This document shows positions 46,891-54,251 of a stretch of 64,000 nt of DNA, in pieces (the first letter of the stretch is position 1; each line of letters begins with the position of its first letter). The notes under the pieces were generated by a model. That model was not told the DNA's origin and made no database searches. It worked only from the letters and a program-made list of their open reading frames with translations. The position numbers and the translations under genes were made by a program. The DNA comes from Planctomycetota bacterium (GTDB taxonomy: Bacteria > Planctomycetota > UBA1135 > JACQFD01). Where the stretch lies: NCBI GenBank assembly GCA_046160785.1, contig JBJXHE010000071.1:69812-133811 (forward strand). The letters are read 5' to 3'.

Positions 46891-48465
46891 TTAGCGCCCG
46901 GGTTTCTTAGCAATTTCGGCGATATCAATCCCGGCCGCGCTGAGTTGCGAGAGTAGTAGCGAACTGGATTGTGCGATCTTTGCAAATTCCAGCGTCGCGG
47001 CGCGATCGATCGGAAATGTATCAAGAAGCCGGCGCGCGCCTCTCGTCTGGTCGCCGCTTACGATTTCCGCGGTGCCGAGCAATAAAGCGACGCGCGCGTC
47101 ACCCGGAACAAGAATATGTGCGTTTTCTAATTGAAGACGCGCGCCCGCCGCAGCCGACTTGCGTTTACTAATCTCGCCTTCGGGATACCCAAAGGCATCA
47201 AAGAGCATCGCGTAACCGAGTGCGCGAGAATTGGAGAATGCTTCGAGTTCCGGAGTTCCAAACGCGCGCCGCATCGCGTCCTCGCTTCGAATTCTATCAA
47301 AACGGAATTGTTGATTCTCCGCCGGATTATTTGCATCCGCAAAATTAAACTGTGAGATTGCATTTAACAATTCCTGCGCGATGACGCGATGGCCGTCGAG
47401 ATTTGGATGAACGCCGTCGCAAAGCCACTCTTCGCCGGCGACGCCGCACTCGCCGTTTGCATCAAATAAATTTTGTAAGTCTACCAATACTGTTTTGCTC
47501 GGGGAGGCGCTGCTCTCCGCGGCAGCCTCACGAATCGCGCGCTGCGTCCATTCGCGCGCGCGCGAAGGCCACAGATCCTGCTCCGCCGCTTCAATATAAT
47601 ACTTCCGCGCCTCCGTACAATTGCCGAGCTGTTGGAGAGTCTTAGCTTTCAGGAAAAGCGAGTCGGCATCCGGAGAACCGGCGCGCGACGCCGAACCGTG
47701 CGGAGGAATCGTTCGCGCGTTTCGCGGCATGGTTGTTAATACAAATCGAGCGCCCGCATTCTTTACTTTTCGCGCCGCTTCGCGCAAGCCCGCGCGAAAC
47801 TCAGATTGTATCAAATCCGCTTCGGGTCCGATCCTCGGGTCCGACCGCGTTTCGTTCGGAGAAAAGGTACGAATTCCAACCGTTCGCAATTGAAGCAACC
47901 AGCGCGTGACGTGGAATAATTGTAAAAAATCGCCGACGGCGTACGACACAGGATTTGTAACTTTCGAGCGCAGCCGCAAGACGTTGTCCGCGCTGCGTTC
48001 TTCATTATGTCCGACCATCCAAACGACGACGTCGGGTTTGTGTTCTAAACATTGATCCAAAATTGATAACAATCGAAACGTCGTCCAACCCACCATTCCC
48101 GCGTTAATCACTTCACAATTCTTTTCAGGAAGCGCATCACTAAGACTCAGCGCGAGGCGGTCGCAAAAAGTAGCATAAAAATAGGGATAGCCGGCGACGG
48201 TCGATTCGCCAACGATCGCGACGCGAAATCCATTGTTAGGTTTCTCGCGAAGAAACGCGCGAGGCGGCGACGCAAAAAACTCGCGGTACGATGGATGCCG
48301 CTGCATTTTTGTAGCATCGTTTGGATCAATAATAAAAAAAGGATCCGGATTTCCGGCGCCGAAGATTGCAAAGATCGCTTCGACAATTCCGAAAAATACA
48401 AACGGCGCCGCGGCCGCGATCGCGAGCCGTTTTAGAATAGAACGGTTTTTTATAGTTTCCGACAA
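46891..48465 (-). CDS. membrane-anchored SGNH/GDSL-type hydrolase with TPR-like C-terminal half (paralog 2)
   Basis: FRVAIVGESTVAG, NAGMVGW, VWMVGHNE, DGVHPNLDGH. Collinear with the 40537-42288 product. Confidence 0.65.
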   Translation of the reverse strand: MSETIKNRSILKRLAIAAAAPFVFFGIVEAIFAIFGAGNPDPFFIIDPNDATKMQRHPSYREFFASPPRAFLREKPNNGFRVAIVGESTVAGYPYFYATFCDRLALSLSDALPEKNCEVINAGMVGWTTFRLLSILDQCLEHKPDVVVWMVGHNEERSADNVLRLRSKVTNPVSYAVGDFLQLFHVTRWLLQLRTVGIRTFSPNETRSDPRIGPEADLIQSEFRAGLREAARKVKNAGARFVLTTMPRNARTIPPHGSASRAGSPDADSLFLKAKTLQQLGNCTEARKYYIEAAEQDLWPSRAREWTQRAIREAAAESSASPSKTVLVDLQNLFDANGECGVAGEEWLCDGVHPNLDGHRVIAQELLNAISQFNFADANNPAENQQFRFDRIRSEDAMRRAFGTPELEAFSNSRALGYAMLFDAFGYPEGEISKRKSAAAGARLQLENAHILVPGDARVALLLGTAEIVSGDQTRGARRLLDTFPIDRAATLEFAKIAQSSSLLLSQLSAAGIDIAEIAKKPGR

Positions 48466-48480
48466 TGTATCAATAAACAG

Positions 48481-49257
48481 CTATTCCATGAACGCGCCTT
48501 GGTTCAAATTGATAGATTGCCCCGTCATCCCCGAGCACTCTGGCGACACCATCCACGATACTAACGATGCGACGTCCTCCGGCTTCGACATTTGATGGAG
48601 CGGCACAGGCTCCATCGCTTTTGCGCGCGCGGCTTCAACGCTAATATTCATCGCCGCCGCCATTCCGCGAATTCCGTCGAGCGCCATATCGGTTTCAACC
48701 CACCCGGGGCAAATCGCATTGACCATAATATTCTTCGGAGCGAGTTCGAGCGCGAGCGCGCGCGTTAATCCAATCAATCCCGTTTTTGTAGCACAGTAGG
48801 CCGTGTATCCCGGAACGCCGAATTTACCTAAAATCGACGAGACAATAACAATATCACGGCGGTCCGGCGGCGCAGCGAAGTGGGCGGAGGCCGCGCGGAC
48901 GGAATAGTAAGTTCCGTCTAAATTCGTTGCTACAATTTCGCGCCAGCGGTCGTCCGCGCCGGGTTCGTTGACGCCGCCGATTCCGGCGTTTGCTACAAAT
49001 ACAGAAATCGGTCCGAGATCTTTAGCAATCGCGGAAAAGATATCTTTACAACTCTGCTCTTCGCGGACGTCGAGCCGGTACGCGCACGCGCCGATCGACG
49101 CCGCCGCTTTTGTTAAACGTTCTAGATTGCGGCCCGTGATCGCGACGCGCATTCCATCGCGAGCGAATCGCGCGGCAATTGCGAGCCCGATGCCGGTGCC
49201 GCCGCCAGTGACCACTGCGACACGGGCGGCTCTGTTCGCGGGTGTATTTGATGTCAT
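48481..49257 (-). CDS. short-chain dehydrogenase/reductase (FabG-like)
   Basis: VVTGGGTGIGLA, NAGIGG, YCATK catalytic motif. Confidence 0.85.
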   Translation of the reverse strand: MTSNTPANRAARVAVVTGGGTGIGLAIAARFARDGMRVAITGRNLERLTKAAASIGACAYRLDVREEQSCKDIFSAIAKDLGPISVFVANAGIGGVNEPGADDRWREIVATNLDGTYYSVRAASAHFAAPPDRRDIVIVSSILGKFGVPGYTAYCATKTGLIGLTRALALELAPKNIMVNAICPGWVETDMALDGIRGMAAAMNISVEAARAKAMEPVPLHQMSKPEDVASLVSWMVSPECSGMTGQSINLNQGAFME

Positions 49258-49281
49258 GGGTATATTAATTTTTTACTCTAT

Positions 49282-50835
49282 CTACTTTTTGCTTACAATA
49301 AAAAGAAGTTTATTTTTCGACCCCCTCTTGTTCGAGCCGTAGACAATGGTTAAGTCGTCGCGTCCGTCGCCGTTCATATCTGTTCCGCGCATGTCGGCTT
49401 CAGACCAATCTTCGACGCTTGGAATTGTAAATTCCCAAACGGGATCGCTCGTGAACACCGAATTGGTATCATTACCAAAAACGCCGAGTTTATCCGGGGC
49501 CGTTAATGCAATAAATTCCATGCCGTCGCCGCCGTCCAAATTGTAAGTTCCCGCGAGAAGGCGCGCGTTCACGCTAATCTTGCCTTCGTCGCCGCCGATC
49601 AGGATTTCAAGATCGAACGATCGTTTCCAGTCGGGGCTATCGCTAACAATACCCGGCGCGGCGATATTTTTATAAACCCAAAGTTCAAAAGTAACTTTTC
49701 GAGATAATAATGCTTTGAGCGCGCCCGCGATTCCTAACTTTGGCAGCCGCGGAACTATCAATTCAGGGCGGCCGTCGCCCGTCACATCGCGCGCCTGCGC
49801 GAGCACCGCCCAGCCGTCAACGTCGATCACTCGATTCGGAACGTCCGCGGTAAACTCACCCTCTTTTCCTAATATTATAAATACCTGGCCGTCGCGGAAT
49901 CGCGAAGCGATGAAATCGGGAATCGCGTCGGCGTTCAAATCGACGGCAACTAAACCGACGGGCCGATCATTAGTTTCCTCATTGCGGCGCGTGCCGCGAA
50001 AATCGCGCAGGTTGTCTTCGCTGTCGAATCTGTAAAGACCGCGCACGTGTTCAATTAATATTAATGAATCATCCGTGACACGATAGACCCACGCGTCGGC
50101 GTCGCGCGAAATCGAGAGCAGCCGCTCTTTTTTGTTATTAGAATGTACGACGTCAACGGTAGCAATGCGCGGAAGCTCAAAATGTATTTTTAAACTTGCT
50201 CCGGGGCGATTTTCACCGAGCGCGAGATCCACCTCGACGTTCGCTTTGGCAATACCAATTTTCTTCCAGCCGTTTTCCGTATTCTTTAGAATTGCCACAC
50301 CTTCGCCGAGCGGAATCATCAATTCCGGAATTCCGTCATTATTAAAATCCCCTTGAAGCGTCATCGCAATCGGATCCGCGCCCGCCGCGCGCGGCACGAG
50401 CGAATCGGTTAAGTACGGAATATTTATTTGTGTAAAAGCCGCGTCGTCCTTTTCAAGACTCCGCTGAAAGATCCCGCGAGCGCATGCTACTAAAAGCTTC
50501 GACTTGCGAATCGCGCCCGTGGAGCCCGGCGAATCCAAAATGCACAAATCAACGGCGACAGCGTCGCCCGGAAGTTTTACTGTAATATTAGTCTTCCGCG
50601 AAAACGTGCCGTCCGATTGATAACGATGCACTTCGACGCGCCTTCCGAGCAGCAGCACCGCGTCTTTGTTGCCGTCGCCGTCGACGTCGCCGAACAGCGT
50701 CGCGCCGACGGGCTCGTCAAAATCCATTTCTGTTATAACAACGGGAGCCGGCTGCGTTTTAATGAATATAAACGAAAGAGCGGCGGCCGAAGAGGATGCG
50801 GCTAAGAATAGTAAAATTCGAAAGGCGGCGTTCAT
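49282..50835 (-). CDS. secreted FG-GAP/VCBS-repeat protein
   Basis: Signal peptide. Ca-binding-type repeats GDVDGDGNKDAV, DFNNDGIPEL, DVTGDGRPEL, DMNGDGRDDL. Confidence 0.75.
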   Translation of the reverse strand: MNAAFRILLFLAASSSAAALSFIFIKTQPAPVVITEMDFDEPVGATLFGDVDGDGNKDAVLLLGRRVEVHRYQSDGTFSRKTNITVKLPGDAVAVDLCILDSPGSTGAIRKSKLLVACARGIFQRSLEKDDAAFTQINIPYLTDSLVPRAAGADPIAMTLQGDFNNDGIPELMIPLGEGVAILKNTENGWKKIGIAKANVEVDLALGENRPGASLKIHFELPRIATVDVVHSNNKKERLLSISRDADAWVYRVTDDSLILIEHVRGLYRFDSEDNLRDFRGTRRNEETNDRPVGLVAVDLNADAIPDFIASRFRDGQVFIILGKEGEFTADVPNRVIDVDGWAVLAQARDVTGDGRPELIVPRLPKLGIAGALKALLSRKVTFELWVYKNIAAPGIVSDSPDWKRSFDLEILIGGDEGKISVNARLLAGTYNLDGGDGMEFIALTAPDKLGVFGNDTNSVFTSDPVWEFTIPSVEDWSEADMRGTDMNGDGRDDLTIVYGSNKRGSKNKLLFIVSKK

Positions 50836-52397
50836 GGTTTGTATGTAACAATTCGAATCGAGCGCGCGTCGGGAAAGATAATTTCCGCGCGCTTGTCGCC
50901 GTCGAGATCGGCGACCTCCAAATCCGATGGCGCGCGCAACGCGATCACCATCATCGGATCGTTAGCAAAGTCGTAACCGGCTTTTTGTAAGAAAGTCGCC
51001 TTGCGGAGCTGCCCGCGATACGCGGCGACGCGGCGCTCCTCCTCGACGGCGAGAAGATCTTTAACACCGTCGCCGTCGAAATCGCCGTCGAAATATGCGC
51101 GCGCCATCAGGCCGCCGCGCTCGAGAACTTTAAAATCTAAATCGACGTCGCGCTGGACGGTCGGATTTTTAGAATACTTTCCGCCGTCCATTAAAAATAT
51201 AAAGTAAGAAACGCGCGCCGAGTTCAGCACCGCATTCTTAATATTACTCAAAAGATCCGTTCTGTAGCTTGAAACGAGCAAATCATAAAAACCGTCGCCG
51301 TCGAAGTCGATCGCGCGTGGAACAATCGACACGCCCGCGGAACTCACGACTTGGTCTGGCGTCGGATCGTAGCCCGCCGAGCCTTTCCTTCCGTAATATA
51401 TCAATTGAGACGTTGTTAACGTATCCCACAACCCAATATTTCCCTCCGTGCGCGAAACGATAAAATCACAAATACCGTCGTGATTCAGGTCGACCGCTTC
51501 CGCCGTTTCAAATGTTATTGAATCATTTCGAAACTCGCGTTTGAGCGAAGGCGACGGACGCACGGCCGCCTCGCGCGCGAATCTCCCGTTCGCTTTTCCT
51601 AAATATACAATCATCTGCGGGGCGCCCGACGGATCGCACATAAAAAAATCGGCGTGCCCGTCGCCGTCGATATCTGCAATAAACGGACGCGGCAGCGTTT
51701 TATTAACACCAAAAAAACGGTTCGAACTTGACTCCGCGGTTTTTATGGATGTTAAAGTAAACTCTTCCACAGTTACTAATGTTTTGCCGTCGCCGGACGG
51801 GCGTAGTATTTGAAACCCGCCGGGAACGGGAACGACAACGGAATCCTGCGCGGGCTTGTTTCCGTAGATAATAACATTCCAAAACGGCAGCGCCGTTTCG
51901 CTCGGATAATCAAAAAACGACGGCGCCTTTGCGAAGGTTACAAATTCCGAAGAGCTATGAAATTCGCGATCGGCCTTTTGCGGCGTCACGCCGCGCACGC
52001 CATTTTTTGTAAAAATAATAATTTCTTTTCCGGGCGCCGCGGCGACGTCGGCAATACTAAAAAAACGCGCGGAGCGAGGCACAACAAAAGTAGTCTTGGC
52101 GTCTTGCTGAAATCCGTCGGGCGTATTCCAGAAGACTTCAATTCTCCGCTGCGTGCGATTTGACAATTGTTGAGGCAAAAGATAACTAAAGAATGGCGTC
52201 TGCACCGCTATCACGGCGGCACGGCTCACGACGGCCACAAGATCCGCGCGCCCGTCGCCGTCGAGATCGTTAAACTTCGCCGCCTCGCGCCGTCCGCTTA
52301 ATTGTAGTTCTACGACCGACCCGTGCGCGTGCGCCGGTTCGGCCGCGGCCGGCGCCGATTGTAATAAGAATATTGATAGAAGCGCGAACGCGCTCAC
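50832..52397 (-). CDS. secreted FG-GAP/VCBS-repeat protein
   Basis: Signal peptide MSAFALLSIFLLQSAPAAA. DLDGDGRADL, DIDGDGHADF, DLNHDGICDF, DFDGDGFYDL, DFDGDGVKDL, DLDGDKRAEI. Confidence 0.75.
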   Translation of the reverse strand: MSAFALLSIFLLQSAPAAAEPAHAHGSVVELQLSGRREAAKFNDLDGDGRADLVAVVSRAAVIAVQTPFFSYLLPQQLSNRTQRRIEVFWNTPDGFQQDAKTTFVVPRSARFFSIADVAAAPGKEIIIFTKNGVRGVTPQKADREFHSSSEFVTFAKAPSFFDYPSETALPFWNVIIYGNKPAQDSVVVPVPGGFQILRPSGDGKTLVTVEEFTLTSIKTAESSSNRFFGVNKTLPRPFIADIDGDGHADFFMCDPSGAPQMIVYLGKANGRFAREAAVRPSPSLKREFRNDSITFETAEAVDLNHDGICDFIVSRTEGNIGLWDTLTTSQLIYYGRKGSAGYDPTPDQVVSSAGVSIVPRAIDFDGDGFYDLLVSSYRTDLLSNIKNAVLNSARVSYFIFLMDGGKYSKNPTVQRDVDLDFKVLERGGLMARAYFDGDFDGDGVKDLLAVEEERRVAAYRGQLRKATFLQKAGYDFANDPMMVIALRAPSDLEVADLDGDKRAEIIFPDARSIRIVTYKP

Positions 52398-53263
52398 GCG
52401 AGCCAGTCCTTTTTGCTAAAAATACGCATTCCTATCAAAACAAACGCGGCCGCGCACGACGCGGGCAGCAGCCACGCAAAAGTAATATCCGCCCAGTCTT
52501 GCAATGTTGGAATTCCAAACCAGACCGGCTGCGGCGCGTCCTGGCCGAGCGCGTGCGCGCGAAGTGTATCAAACGGCGACGTAGCGTATGCGGAGAAGAC
52601 ATAACTTTTCGCCGATTCGATAACGAGCACGGCTAATGATGATAATACTAAAAATCCGATCGTGATCGAATTCGCGGCGGCCGCGTTTTTCGAGAGCGTG
52701 CTCGCGCAGAGCGAAAAGCCGAGCACGGCGGCGAGCGCTAATTGTGATAATGCGAGCGCGAACGCGGTTTTTGTAGCAAGTTCGCCAAACGTTGACTTTA
52801 CTAAAATTTTGACCGCCGCGCCGAAGTCGGCGGCCAGCGCCGCGCCGCCGGCTGCCGCCGCCGCGCCCGCGACAAATAACAATTCAAGAAAGAAAATTAA
52901 TGTTACAAATTTTGCAAGAAAGTATTTAGATCGCGAAATCGGGCGCGCGAGTGAAATGCGTAACATTCCGCCCGACGCTTCGCCCGCGATCGCGTTCGAT
53001 GCCGCGAGAGCTACAAATAACCCCGCGAGAATCGCGACGCCTTTCAATCCAGTCGACAAATATACAAAAGAATTTTGCGCCGCCACGCCGGCGCCGTTGC
53101 CCGCGATCTGCTGCTGAACGCTAGTTATCTTCTCCTCAATCTTCGGCGCGACGGATCCTACAAATCCGACAATGCTTGTCATCGCAATCGATATCCAACA
53201 AAAACGCCGGCGCGAGAGTTTAAACCATTCCGAGGACACCGCCGCCCGAAAAGTAGTGTTCAT
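52394..53263 (-). CDS. ABC-2-type transporter permease
   Basis: 289 aa, about 6 TM helices. GTGA/ATGA coupling to both neighbours. Sits directly after the ABC ATPase. Confidence 0.7.
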   Translation of the reverse strand: MNTTFRAAVSSEWFKLSRRRFCWISIAMTSIVGFVGSVAPKIEEKITSVQQQIAGNGAGVAAQNSFVYLSTGLKGVAILAGLFVALAASNAIAGEASGGMLRISLARPISRSKYFLAKFVTLIFFLELLFVAGAAAAAGGAALAADFGAAVKILVKSTFGELATKTAFALALSQLALAAVLGFSLCASTLSKNAAAANSITIGFLVLSSLAVLVIESAKSYVFSAYATSPFDTLRAHALGQDAPQPVWFGIPTLQDWADITFAWLLPASCAAAFVLIGMRIFSKKDWLA

Positions 53264-53985
53264 GCGACACGCGCCGTTCCGGTGGCGTTAAAGAAAAACT
53301 CCTCGAGCGATTGTTTTTGTTGTATTTCGGCGACCGGCGCAGTCGCGCACAATTTTCCAAGTTCAAGAATCGCTACGCGGTCGCATGTCGCTTCGACCTC
53401 CGGTAACAAATGGCTTGATAAGAATATCGTCGTGCCGCGGCCACGCAGCGTTTTTAGTAAATTTCGAATTTCAACCGTTCCGACGGGATCGAGCCCGTCG
53501 GTGGGTTCGTCGAGGATTAGTAACTTTGGGTCGCCGAGCATCGCCGTCGCGATCGCGAGACGCTGTTTCATCCCGCGCGAAAATGTAGCAACGCGATCCG
53601 CGGCTCGGTCGGAGAGCCCGACGGCCTCGAGGATTTGTTGTATCCTATCGGGGCCGGCAGGAACGTTAACAAGCCGCGCGCACGCATGTAAATGATCGCG
53701 AGCTGAAAGATAATCATAGACGGCGGCGTTTTCGACGAGCGCGCCGACGCCGTCGAGCGCCGCGATTCGATCTGTTACAATGCTGCGTCCAAAAATCTTA
53801 ACATCGCCCGACGTGGGTTTCGCGAGCCCGAGCAGACACCGAATTGTAGTTGTCTTTCCGGCGCCGTTGCGTCCGAGAAAGCCAAAGATCTCGCCAACGC
53901 CGACCGAAAGCGTGAGCGAATCCACCGCGCGCCGCGCTCCGAAATTGCGCGTGAGTTGTAGGAATTCAATTGCCGGGGGATTCAT
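53260..53985 (-). CDS. ABC transporter ATP-binding protein
   Basis: ATG 53985 (MNPPAIEF). Walker A GRNGAGKTT, signature FSRGMKQRL, Walker B LLILDEPT. Confidence 0.9.
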   Translation of the reverse strand: MNPPAIEFLQLTRNFGARRAVDSLTLSVGVGEIFGFLGRNGAGKTTTIRCLLGLAKPTSGDVKIFGRSIVTDRIAALDGVGALVENAAVYDYLSARDHLHACARLVNVPAGPDRIQQILEAVGLSDRAADRVATFSRGMKQRLAIATAMLGDPKLLILDEPTDGLDPVGTVEIRNLLKTLRGRGTTIFLSSHLLPEVEATCDRVAILELGKLCATAPVAEIQQKQSLEEFFFNATGTARVA

Positions 53986-54106
53986 GACTTTTCGCTTCGA
54001 ATCGTACGCGAGCCGCGTGCGGGAGATGAAAGATTCCTGAACCCTCCGGTGGCCGCGCGGCATGTCTAGAAGATACCTCACAAACCATTCGAGCTGCGCG
54101 CGGCTC

Positions 54107-54190
54107 CTTTTGTTAGCGTCATCGTTGCGACATTCTTAGCGTATTTCTCTTGAATATGCCGCGAACGTCGCGCCTCGACGCTAACAAAAG
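54107..54190. repeat. inverted repeat (perfect 14-bp arms, 56-nt partly self-complementary spacer) in a divergent promoter region
   Basis: CTTTTGTTAGCGTC (54107-54120) and its exact reverse complement GACGCTAACAAAAG (54177-54190). Confidence 0.7.
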
Positions 54191-54251
54191 TTTCGCGCGC
54201 TCGCTTACGAAGCGTTTATGAGGTCTCTTCTTCAGTACAGCTACAAATCCG

